Shown here in pieces: positions 25,584 to 36,616 of a DNA stretch of 64,000 nt (position 1 is its first letter; every line of letters starts with the position of its first letter). The stretch spans positions 132,184,001 to 132,248,000 of the forward strand of contig NC_088791.1 of the NCBI RefSeq assembly GCF_011386835.1, written 5' to 3'. Both the position numbers and the translations under genes were made by a program. This DNA is from Chrysemys picta bellii (Eukaryota). The notes under the pieces were generated by a model, which saw nothing but the letters and a program-made list of their open reading frames with translations, was not told the origin of the DNA and did not search any database.

Positions 25584-26168
25584 GTAAAGATTAATTTTAC
25601 CTCATTACTTAAAAGCTGTGTGGTCTCCCAAGAACTTGTTAAGCTGTGGTTCAGGGTTCTTCTCTTGGATTTCTAGAGGCTCAGTCCTTGTAGTCCCCAG
25701 AAACTTTGTGAGAGATACAGTCACTGCCATGCAACCACTATTTTTCTGAATTGCCCTTTTAATGGAGGAGGCGATCTGTAGTCACACCTCAGCCTCATTC
25801 TTGTGGTTTAGTTGTGGAGTACAATCATAGAATTGCCCTGTCCACCCTCCCTGGGACTAACGCCAGCTCTGAAGGTGCTTGACTTTGAGAAATGGGTAAG
25901 TGTATTAACATTTGCACTGCTCATGACTTACCTAGTCCCCCATATGTGGATATCCTTGAGTCTCCAAAAGGGAAACAACATAACTCCAGCTACACATTTT
26001 ACTTCCCCAGTGGGTTTCTGTGGACATAATCTCATCTGTTGGCATTCTGTAATCCCTGCCTCCATGGAAGAACAGGTTGGGTTCATATCTATGATAATTT
26101 ATTTGTAATAAATGCTCAACAAATACATAACAAATCATGGTATTGCCTGGACTGTTTTCCCTGGGCAG

Positions 26169-26282
26169 GATTTGAGACTCCAAAACCTGATGTGAACTCT
26201 CGGATGGAACAAGAGGAAGAGCCTTGCATCCCAGATTGGCAGGATGCCAGAGAAAGGGTAATACCAAGAGAAGCCGGCACAG
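26169..26282 (+). CDS. KRAB-B exon (phase 1-1), out of frame with the preceding KRAB-A exon
   Basis: ggcag|ga ... acag|gtgag. The ancestral frame reads GFETPKPDVNSRMEQEEEPCIPDWQDAREREIPREAGTG-like KRAB-B. Confidence 0.8.
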
Positions 26283-27515
26283 GTGAGAAATAAATGAAGT
26301 TATCTCAGACACTATCAATGAGTGAATTAAAAAGTTGTGGTTTGAACAAAGCCATCGTGAGTTCTATTTGCTGTCATAGCAACTACTACTTTCATCATGA
26401 ATGAGATATCATTGTAGGATGGAAGAATGAAAGGTAAATGGCTGTGTTATGGGGCCTGTGCTCTAGAGACAACCTACAACAAAGGAGGGTCTTATGGGGG
26501 CTAGAGCATGGGAGAGCACATCTCAGGCTGGGGAACAATACAAAAGAAGCATGGTTTGGTTTTTTGGTGTTTATTTTTCTGATCAGCAGGAGCTGGCTGC
26601 TGCTGCTGACTGTGTTTTTTGTGCAGTGCTGCTATGAGAATTCGGCCTATTCTCGTGGCAGATGTTAATCATGGCTTCTAAGCAAACCTTACTGATTTCT
26701 GGCAATGACCATCCCCTTTTCCCAGGTTATAAACTGAAAGCTGCCTTGCCTTAAGGTGACTGCCACTTTCCTACAGCCTTTGGATATGGAAGTGAGGCTA
26801 GCCTTAGTAAAGATGGACATTCTCTCATGATCTACAGTGGGACTGAAGCCAGGCTGCCCTCAGTGACGATGGTTCCCCCTTTCCACTCCCCTGGCATTCT
26901 AGGGTTTGAAAACTGTACAGGACCAAGGAGGGTGACTTGGGGGTGACATGCAGGAAAACATGGAAAATGAAGCTTTGAGGGGTGGGAGACTGAGGTGAAA
27001 GGAAGGAAATATATGGGAACACGTGGGAGAACGTGGAGAGAGAATGTGACGAGCACAGTGGACTGGGTAGGGCAGGGAAAGGAGACTGGATAGTGATATA
27101 GAGAGGGATAGAATGGCAGCTTCTCCAGGGGTTAGGTTAGGATAAGCAGAGTTCCCCTCCATAGTCAGAGGTATAAATTATTGTTTAATGTTTGTTTGGC
27201 AAATGAAAAACAATGCAGTTCTTCCTCCTCCCCCCCCCCTTTTGTTTTTATTAGAATAGGTGCTAGACAAGACCCTCTGTAGGTTGACACAAGCTGGAAA
27301 TATTTTTTATGGCAATGTCCTTGGATTCTAGGACATCTGGAAATTCTGTAGTCATTTCAGGGGGAATTATAAAAGTGGAGGTGTTTATTGAAGTAGGTAC
27401 AGAAATTCAGTCAATACTGTACTTTTATTTAAAAAAAATTGATTGTCCCCACACTTTTAGCTTTGCATGCACTGCAGCATTTTCCTAACTATCATGTAAA
27501 CTGCTGGAAGAGGGG

Positions 27516-27763
27516 CAGCAGCGGCTCCAAGCACGTGCCTGGGGCGGCAAGCCGCGGGGGGTGCCCTGCCAGTCCCTGCAAGGGTGGCCGTCAGGTTGCC
27601 TTCAGCAGCATGCCGGCAGGAGGTCCACCGGTCCCATGGATTTGGTGGCAATTTGGCGGCGGGTACGCCGAAGCCACAGGACCGGTGGATCTCCCGCAGG
27701 CATGCCGCCGAAGGCAGCCTGCCTGCCGTGCTTGGGGCAGCAAAAAAGCTAGAGCTGCCCCTG
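27516..27763. mobile_element. hAT MITE with 8-bp target-site duplication
   Basis: TSD aagagggg at 27508-27515 and 27764-27771. Degenerate TIRs cagcagcggct / agctgcccctg. Confidence 0.9.
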
Positions 27764-29660
27764 AAGAGGGGAAGCTGGAGATTTTTGGCAACTAAATAGG
27801 AGACTTTTGACAATGCGGGAGAGGGAGTGGGGGGTGGTTCAGAATTAAGGGATATGCACAGGAGCTGAGTACTTCTGCTAAAATCAGAAGCAGGGAGATA
27901 GTTAAAAATACAGTCCCCACCTCTGAACTATCATTCCAAGCTGCCTGCAGCTTTGAGGAGGCAATGCTGCATCAGTCTGCACTCAAGTTTAGTTTTTTCA
28001 CAACTCTGAGGGCTAGAAGGAGAGGGCCTGATTATCAGTTCCAATACAGCCTCTTTACCTGGCTGGTAGGTAGGGGCCAAAAAGCTGGTGCGTTTGGCCA
28101 CTGGGAATATGTCCTTGCAGAGGAGGCTTCATATAACTTCTGTTGGTTCCCTGCTTCCCTCATCTAACAATCTCTCCGCTAGAACTGAACATCAGAACCA
28201 TATTTTCTTTTTAAACAATGAAAGAAAGATATTTGAACCCAACTCTGCCTCAACGGGAGGGCAAGGAGTGAATTCAGCAGCCATGAAATAGGATGTCCTT
28301 GCTAGTGAAAACAGATTCTCCTTTTCTTGCAGCATGATCCTTAAGTGGCATGCTCAAACCCCAATAAAGCAATTGATTCACAAGTGCACTAGAGTTCTTT
28401 ATCTCCCTTGTTGGCCACAAGAGAGACAGAAAAAGCACTGCAGACAGATTTAGAATTATCTACTCTAAGAAAATGCAATATTTTAATTCCCTACTTTTGA
28501 AGAAATTTAAAAACACTGAAGTGAGAATCATTATTAAAAAAAGTCTTTTTAAAAGCAAGAGACAGTGTCAGAATCACTATGCAAACTGCAACCAGAGGCA
28601 CATGAATAGAGCCATAAAATTCAGCTTTACACACTTACAATGGGACATGCTCAACTCATGAAAGATGGACTGTTAGTAAAAGCTTATGTCAATGGAATGT
28701 TGTCTAAGGCCTTGTTTACACACAAGGTTTAGTTAAGCTGATGCAAACCTGTATTCTGCACTCTCATGTAGAAGTGGCTTAAATTTATTTAACTGAAGTC
28801 AGTAAGGAATGGACTTACTCTAAAGAAATTGATTTAAGAGAGTCCACAGAAACCTATGTGCAGTCACAACCAACTTGTGTTTATAATTCAAAGATAATAC
28901 ATTTATGTTGCTAAGCACAACTGTAGGAGCGAGGTGCTCCTAAACATGAGTAAGGGAGTCAAATCTAGCCCTATAAAATAAACAGTGATAGGTGAAGAAG
29001 TCCCATTTCAACACACCTAATAAATAAATAAAAAGATGAAGGGCTAGATCACACTTGGCATGTTCACAGGCCCATAAAGGTAAAGGGCTTCTTTATCCCC
29101 ATAGTCATTCATATGGGGGTTTGTCACAAAGGGAACCCTTATACTCAGGAATGCTTCAATCTAGTGTCAATGCTGGTACTAACCTTTGCAACAGGGTGGT
29201 GAGGGGTATGACCAGACTCTCTTCTGTAGCCTCTCAGGACTTGAGGCAACTCCTGCTGACTTCAAAGGGCACTGGAAAAGCCTTAAAGGTGGGACTGAGG
29301 CTGCTCTCCCTGCAAATCTGTGCCTCTTTGCCTTGTGAGACCAACTCAAGGGCTGGGATTAAATGCCACCATCTAGACCCTAATTAACTAGATCAAAGAG
29401 ATTTAAATACCTACTTAAACACTAACAAGCACCACATTTTCCATAGAGGAAAATGTGGGATATTTAAAGAATAGATTAACTGTAACCATAGTAACATTTT
29501 AAAACACAAACCAGAGTGCTATATTAAAACCAATGCAAGTTTATAAGCCTTTTCTCATGGAGAAGTCTTGGGGAGTAAGAAACAGCACCAAAATTTATAG
29601 GTTTATCAGAGAGGCCAGCCAGTAGAGATGCTTAGTTAAGTGGTAATCAGTTCAGGTCAC

Positions 29661-29666
29661 TTTATT
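29661..29666 (-). terminator. Candidate poly(A) signal of the - strand zinc-finger gene
   Basis: tttatt (AATAAA on -), about 530 nt downstream of the stop at 30194. Confidence 0.35.
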
Positions 29667-30193
29667 TAAAGCCACCTAAATTAAGGAAGCCTTAGTTAAG
29701 TGTGTCAAGGACACCTCCACTCCGAGCCCCTTGCTTAGAGACGTTTAAGAACAGTTAGTTAAATTCACCTCATTTAAGAGCACAAGCAAGCTGAAATTAA
29801 GAGTGCATCAACAAGGGCCATTTAAATACACCTCATATAGTTGGGGACACATTAGCTAAGAGCACCTCAGATAAGGATGCTCTACTTAGGTGCATCTCCA
29901 TGAAGAACATCTCTGTTAATAGAGGCTGCCTGGGACAAATCCATCCTTGGTATTAAACCAGTTACTACAGTAAGCAAATGTGTGATTGATTTGATCCCCT
30001 ATGTTCACTGACTGCATCTCAGTAAAGGATGCCTCAGAGATTAAGAGCAGGGTCAGTGCTATAGCACTTGAAAGGCCTCTCAACTGTAACTCTACAATAT
30101 AAAAGCCATATTTGCCTCAGACAGGGTAAATCAGAATGACAGGTACATATATAAACATTTTGTTTGCCATGTTTACAGTACAAGGAGGATGGA

Positions 30194-30525
30194 TCAGGCA
30201 GTTGTCGGAGTAGCAGGAAGTTGAGAGATTGGAGGTTGTGCGGTAGCGAGAATTTCAGAAGTAGATGACTGGGATGAAACCTGAGAGGAAAAAGGCCGGG
30301 CATTTTCTGGGAGAAGGTTACTGGGGTTAAGAAGAAGGGGAAAAGGCAAAGAGGCCATAGCAGCTGCCTGCTGTCCTAACAGAAGTCCCAAGCTGTACAC
30401 ATTTGAATTAATGAGATCATTGCCTGGGAGGAGGACATTCAGCTGTTTCTGAATTTCTTGAAGGACCTGTAGCTGACTTTGCTGATTCAGAAGAAGCATA
30501 TCCATGTTGTCCCTCATTCTCCTCA
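30194..30525 (-). CDS. Terminal coding exon of the - strand C2H2 gene; unrecognised Gln/Leu-rich helical domain
   Basis: Acceptor tcttatcttcacacag|tg (phase 1), in frame with the finger-exon donor at 33273. Open for 110 codons: (V)RRMRDNMDMLLLNQQSQLQVLQEIQKQLNVLLPGNDLINSNVYSLGLLLGQQAAAMASLPFPLLLNP...-stop. Confidence 0.72.
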
Positions 30526-31035
30526 CTGTGTGAAGATAAGAGTATTAATTTCTACAATTTAAAGTGCTATGCATGGTACTTTAGAAACCTTTTTTATACA
30601 TACACTCTTCAAGTATAAGTCTTGACTGGTCCATAGCTACTTGCTCTGCGCCACCATTTTGTTGTTCCTCATGACATACTATAGAAGAGGAATGAAAATA
30701 ATATGTTAACATTTTAAGTGTAAAAAGAATGTAGAATAGTAAATCACACATTTACATTTAGCATGAATTATGTGATAAGCATCATAAGGCAGAACTGTAA
30801 ATATAGGATCATCTATATTCACAAGGACGAGCTCTTGCCACTAGTTCTCCAGTGCCTGGCTCCAGACCAGAGGGAAGCATATTTCACTCATTTTACAAAA
30901 GTGAAGGTGATTACCCATAGTGCAAGCCAGCTGAATGTCAGGCCCTTTTTAAAAAACACACACAAGTCCCCAGTATCATTTGATAACCTATGTTAAGCTC
31001 ACAGAGCTAACCATCTATAATGACATTCCTACTAA

Positions 31036-31745
31036 GGGCTTGGCTACACTTGCAAGTTAGAGTGCATTAAAGCAGCCCCAGATGCCTTAGCTCACTACCC
31101 ATCCACACTGGCAAGGCATGTAGAGCGCTCTGACTCCAAGGCTAGAGCGCTCCTGGTACTCCACCTCGGTGAGAAGATTAACACTTGCTGCGCCTTGGCT
31201 GAAATGCCCAGGCGTCAGTGTGAACGAGGTATTGCATTACTGCACTCTGATCAGCCTCTGTAAATGTCCCATAATCCCCTTAAGTCAAGTGGCCACTCTT
31301 GTCATTGTTTTGGAATCACTGCAGACATGCCGATATGCCCTTTGAAAGCGCCGTTTCTGACAGCCGGCATGCTTATCTGCTCTGAGACAAAGCAACCATT
31401 ACTGTGGAATGCTGTGTATGGGGGCGGGGGGTGGCGGGGAGAGAGGGATCTGTTGCTGTCTGAACTTACAAGATGGCATGCAGACATGCTCTCAGTCCCC
31501 CAAAAACCCACTCTCTCTCCCCCCACATATGCACAACACACTCCCTCTCACACTCCACCCTACCCCCTCATTTGAAAAGCACATTGCAGCCACTTACATG
31601 CTGGGATAGCTACCACAATACACTGCTCTCTGTGGCCGTTGCAAGAGCTGCTAATGTGGCCACGCCAGTGCGCTTGCAGCTGTCAGTGTGGACAGATTGC
31701 AGCGCTTTCCCTACTGCGCTCTATGAGGGCTGGTTTAACTCAAAG
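31036..31745. mobile_element. PIF/Harbinger-type non-autonomous element
   Basis: Left end gggcttggctacacttgcaag, with internal ccacactggcaag / gtgtggacag inverted motifs. The right end is degenerate. Confidence 0.6.
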
Positions 31746-33272
31746 CTGATGCACTTCAAATCTGACAGGCAAAAATCTAACTCAGTACCAGCCTGAATCT
31801 ATGAATTCTGAGAGCAATATGACTTCTTTTGGTGTCCTATAACATGGGCCCCCTTGTTGCAACTGAGTGTCTTTTATACAACTATGGAGTAAGTATTACT
31901 ACTCTATAATAAATGGGATCAATTTCTTTTTAAGTAGGCTCAGTATTAAGCTGATGTTATGTTCCTTTGTTATTTAATGAGGGGGAAACTATTTCTTCTT
32001 AATGACAAGATGTAAAGGGGAAGTGAGGTGGTGCCTTTTTGGAGAGGAGGGCTTATTTTGTATAAAAAGCTTTAAGTTTTTTATAATTACAAATGTCAGG
32101 AATATGAAGTTTTTAATCTTCACTGTTTATGTTGGGAGAGCTGGGTAGGTAACTCCATTATCTATGGATTAAGAGTTTCACACGCTTAGTTTAAGGAAAG
32201 TTAAATGCTTAGACAGAGCTTCTCTCTCTCTCTCTCTCAAGTGTTTTTTTGTTAGATGTGACAACTGGAATAAAAGTCACTTCTCTAAATTAGGCTGTGA
32301 TTAACTGCTCTGCTGAATCAGGGCCTCAATCAGGTTTCACTTCACTGAGGTCATAAAACTACTTGTTCCCCAGTCATTCATAGAGTCTTCCATGGTAGAC
32401 AACCCTTGAATTTCTAATTTGAAAGAATTTGTAATTTAAAAGAAAAAAAGTCAACTTAAGTATTCCAGTCATTTATATTATATATGATACACACACAAGA
32501 AAGGAACGAACAAATCCAGTTTCCTACCCCATATTTTCTAGGCCAATTTTAAAAGACTATACAAGATTATGAAATTTGTCCATGAGACTCTTAAGTAACC
32601 CCTTAACTTTAATATATTACACAAGTACTCCCAGAAGAACTGAGTACTGTTCTGTACCATGTATATTAGAAGATACCTCTGTTAAATAGAGAGTCAGTTT
32701 CTTTAGTAATCACGTAGACTGGTTTAAGTCTATCTGCTTTATTGCCTAGTGAGCAATGGATCCTTTTTCAAGGAGAGAGAGGAAAATGGCTCTTTCGTTC
32801 TTCCAGCATCTCAGAAGAGATTTTTTTCTTAATAAAGAGTCAATATGTAAGGACTCTTGTTATGCTGGTTTATAGGATTAAAGAGGATGGCAAAAAGAGG
32901 GACTTACCTTTAATAATTCATTAGGTGCATGCGAGTTATCAGTGTTTCATAGCTAGCTATCTTAGGGCTTTATACTGCCATGCATCATCATAGTATCTGA
33001 GCATCTTTCATGTGAAATCAATAGTGAAGTCTCTAATGCAATTCCTGGAGCATCATACAAAAGTGTCAGTATTGACATTATGGATGCATTTACTTAAGTG
33101 GGTCTCTGTTGGACATTGCATAGATATACACAAAACCTAAAGTGTAGTAGGCCAGGCCAAGTGTTTAGAATCCAATGGAGGCCACAGGACTGTGTACTAG
33201 ACTTCCTGTGCATTGGAATAAAGCCAGTACAGATGGTGTCCTCCATTTATTTAATCTAAGCAATCAAGTTAC

Positions 33273-33935
33273 CTGTTGCACATTCACTGGATGTCTCTCT
33301 CACATGGACTTTCTGATGTTTCAGGAAGTTTGAGCTCAGGCGGAAGCTCTTCCTGCATTCAGGACATTTGTAAGGTTTCTCTTCTGTGTGGCTTTTCTGA
33401 TGCTGGACAAGGGCTGAGCTGCAAGTGAAGCTTTTGCTACATGCAGCACAAGCATAGGATTTCTTTTTCATGTGGGTTTTACGGTGTGCAATTAGATTTG
33501 AGCTCCGGCCAAAGCTTTTCTCACATTCTTTACATTTATAGGGTCTCTCTCCTGTATGGATTCTCTCATGTACCACAAGGTTTGCCTTTCTGCTGAAGCT
33601 TTTCCCACACTTAGGGCATTCAAAGGGCTTTTCTCCTGTGTGGATTTTCAGATGGTTCAAGAAGGTCGAACTCCCCTTGAAGCTTTTTCCACATTCTGTA
33701 CATATGTAGGGACTCTCTTCCCTGGGGGGGTTCTGTTGATTAAGGGTGGCTTTTAGTTTCTTAGATCCTCTTGCTTGATGAGCGGATTTAATGCATCTCT
33801 TTCTCTGCTGCCTTTCTGGCCTGGCTTTCCCCCAGCCAGGACTGTGGGCTTCAGCTGGTTGCGATAACCCATCCTGCTCAAGATCTTCCTGATTAGGTTT
33901 CTCCTCCTCATTTTCACTCATAGTGCTATCGCTTG
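33273..33935 (-). CDS. C2H2 zinc-finger exon, 5 fingers, internal rather than terminal
   Basis: Fingers [85 protein letters not shown] with TGEKP-type linkers. Acceptor ttttattccag|ca (phase 1) and strong donor acag|gtaact (phase 1). Unspliced read-through would stop at 33256. Confidence 0.92.
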
Positions 33936-35195
33936 CTGGAATAAAAATGGGAGTTCTGACATGGTTTATTCCCTGCCCTGGGGAGAAAGAAAGCCTTGGA
34001 CTGGTACTTGCAAAGGCATCTCTCTCTAATTAGTGACTGTTCGTGAGGCCTTAAATCCGAAAAAAAATCCCACCAAATCCTTTCCCAAAGGGAAGGAGGA
34101 AGTGAAAAGAGGGGATGAGAGGACAGAAGGAAATAGGTGATGGAGGAGTGGGAGAAAGAGGAGTGAGGGAAGACAAAGATGAACAGATGAGACTCTCTCC
34201 CCTCTTGAGAATTTCCACCCCTCAGAACAGGGCAGATTAAGCCAAACACTTTGCCCATATAAATCCTGTTGCAAAGCAGGAAGAGAAAGGAATGGGCTCA
34301 AACGAGTGACCCCTCCCAGCTATCTCATCTTAGCCACTTATTCCTCTTCTCTCAGCCCACATGCCCTCCACCTCTGCCCATTTAATAGAGAATGAGAGCA
34401 CCTCCCTGCAGTCTGCCTGCTTTAAAATTGAGGTTTCCTCTCCCTCACACCAGGAACCTGGGCTTCCTTCTGATTTACAAAAATGTATGTTTAAGAGAAA
34501 GTCTCGCCCAGGAAAGCTAACAGGCAAACTGATTCAGTTACTGCCATTCAATGCATTAGTGAAGAGCCTGCTAGCTTATTCCCGAGGTTAGAGTTACACA
34601 TGTAGGGAGCTAAAAACACCACAATGTCCCTTTGGCATTTTCCCCTCCATTGGGAGGAAGGAGCAATTTCACTCATAGGAGTAAGGAGGCTTCCCCCAAA
34701 AACAGCTGCAGTGACTTGCAGATATTGTGTGTCTCTGCAGTGACCAACAGCCTTCACAACCCTGACAGTGCAGCAGGACCCAGGTAACCTTCACAGCCCT
34801 GCAAAATGCTTTTAAGGGGTAAGAGATACTTCAGATGTGAGAGTCCGAATTCACCTGCTCAGATCCCCTAACTTCTGGTGTCCTCCCACTTGGGGAGGCA
34901 GAGAGGAAGATAAAGCCAAAAGAGAAAGAAGTTCTGGCTTTTGTTTTCACTCATTTCAGGTGGATTTTGTTTTCCTGTTTTTAAAAAGTAGAAGAACCCC
35001 AGAGCAAAAAGGAGCACTCAGCATCACAGAGAGCACATGACTCCAGCTCAGTGCCCAACACAGGCTCTGGCATGGCAGACTGCAAACAGATGAGAGAAGA
35101 CCGACTTTAGAGCTCACAACACCTTTGCTGATATCCCAGCTTTCTAAGTTCACTTATTGTGGGTGACTTAACTGCTATAAATTACTCCTCCTCAC

Positions 35196-35274
35196 CTGTG
35201 CAGGAGTCTCCTTGGATCTCACTTTTTCTGGAGCCCTGGAGCCCAGAAGCCATAGGCTCTTCCTCCAGCTCCAT
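35196..35274 (-). CDS. Truncated KRAB-B-derived first coding exon of the - strand C2H2 gene
   Basis: cccctctcttcttctag|ATG GAG CTG GAG GAA GAG CCT...TGC ACA G|gtgagg gives MELEEEPMASGLQGSRKSEIQGDSCT. Its phase 1 end joins 33935 in frame. The older acceptor at 35307/35308 is now out of frame. Confidence 0.7.
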
Positions 35275-35491
35275 CTAGAAGAAGAGAGGGGATCTGGAGT
35301 TTGAAACCTTATTTAGTGGGAAAGAAAACAGATGCAATGCACCCCAGCAGTGATAACAGGTTATGTTAAGACAATGAGGGAGAACAATCCCACACTGGTG
35401 AGCAATTAGCCAGGGAGCCCAGAGTTTGGTGGAAAGAGCCTCAGTTTGGCAATCTTACAGGTAAGAGCAGGAGAAGAGAGTTTATCCTAAG

Positions 35492-35870
35492 GCAGGGGTT
35501 CTCAAACTTCATTGTACTGCAACCACCTTCTGACAACAAAACTTACTACACAATCCCCAGGAGGAGGAGGGACTGAAGCCTGATCCCACCTGAGCCACGC
35601 CCTCCTCCAGGGGGGCACAAAAGCCCAAGCCCCATCACCCCGGGAAGGGTGGACCAAAGCTGAAGCCTAATGGCTTCAGTCCCAGGCAGGGGGCCTGTAA
35701 CCTGACCCTGATTCCCAGGGTTGAAGCCCTTGGGGTTCAGTTTCAGCCCCAGATGGTAGGGCTCAGGGTTCAGCTTTGGCCCCAGCAAGGCTAAGCCAGC
35801 CTTGATGACCCCACAAAAATGGGGCTGTGACCCACTTTGGGGTCCTAACCCACAGTTTGAGAACCACTAT
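35492..35870. mobile_element. hAT (MER/Charlie-like) MITE
   Basis: Ends caggggttctcaaact ... agtttgagaaccactA. A related copy lies at about 36782-37112 (cagctgttctacaact ... tctgagaacccctg). Confidence 0.65.
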
Positions 35871-36616
35871 CCTAGAGAAAAGGTCAGGGTTAGTTAGCAC
35901 TCCATGGCTCAATCTCAACCACTTTCCTAGTGCCAACAAGCTCTTAGTGTTGGCAACAGGGAAACCCACCCAACACTATATTAACCTACTCTCTGGCCTT
36001 AGTGCCCCCTCCCACTCCTTTAAATTCTCCCCATGGCACTGCTAGTTCCTCTCCCTTCCTTCAGTTTCCTCCAGAACATAATTACCCCTCCCCACACACC
36101 CCAGTTCCTAAGTTTCCCCATCCAAGCAGAGTACCCTACATTCAGGCCAGGCTCACTTGATGAGGCCCAGAGGGGCTGGTGCTTAGGCTGTAGCTCATGC
36201 TCCAACTTTCCCTCCTTCTTCTTCCCCTGGGCTCCTCTGTATGCCCTCCTGTGAGCCTTTCATTGGAGAAGGTGCTGAGAGCAGTGATTGGCTGACAGAG
36301 TCAGGGTGGGAATGGCTCCTCCCACTGCCGCAGGCCAAAAGAGTGACTGCAGCAAAGGCTGAGGGCCCTGGGGAGATGGCAGAAGTGTTTGCTAGGGCAG
36401 AGTGTGTGGACCCTTCCTACAGGCATACATGTAAAGAGCTGGTGGCCTTCATGTGGGAGCAGCAGAAAGTAGTGCTACTGCCCCCTTCTGGAGAAGGAGA
36501 GGAGTGGGGAAGCTTTACCAAGATATCTGCAGGGGAGAGAGGGTGATCCACCTTAGACCCTTGAAGAGACTTCAGTTTCTCTGCTAATCTTTTCATTCTG
36601 TTATCTCATCCTCCTG

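Noticed and set aside
36340-36520. + strand peptide AEGPGEMAEVF...PSYRHTCKELVAFMWEQQKVVLLP, faintly SCAN-like
   Set aside because: Only scattered identities, no FRQFCY motif and no splice support. It could be a very old SCAN relic, but an HMM search is needed to decide.
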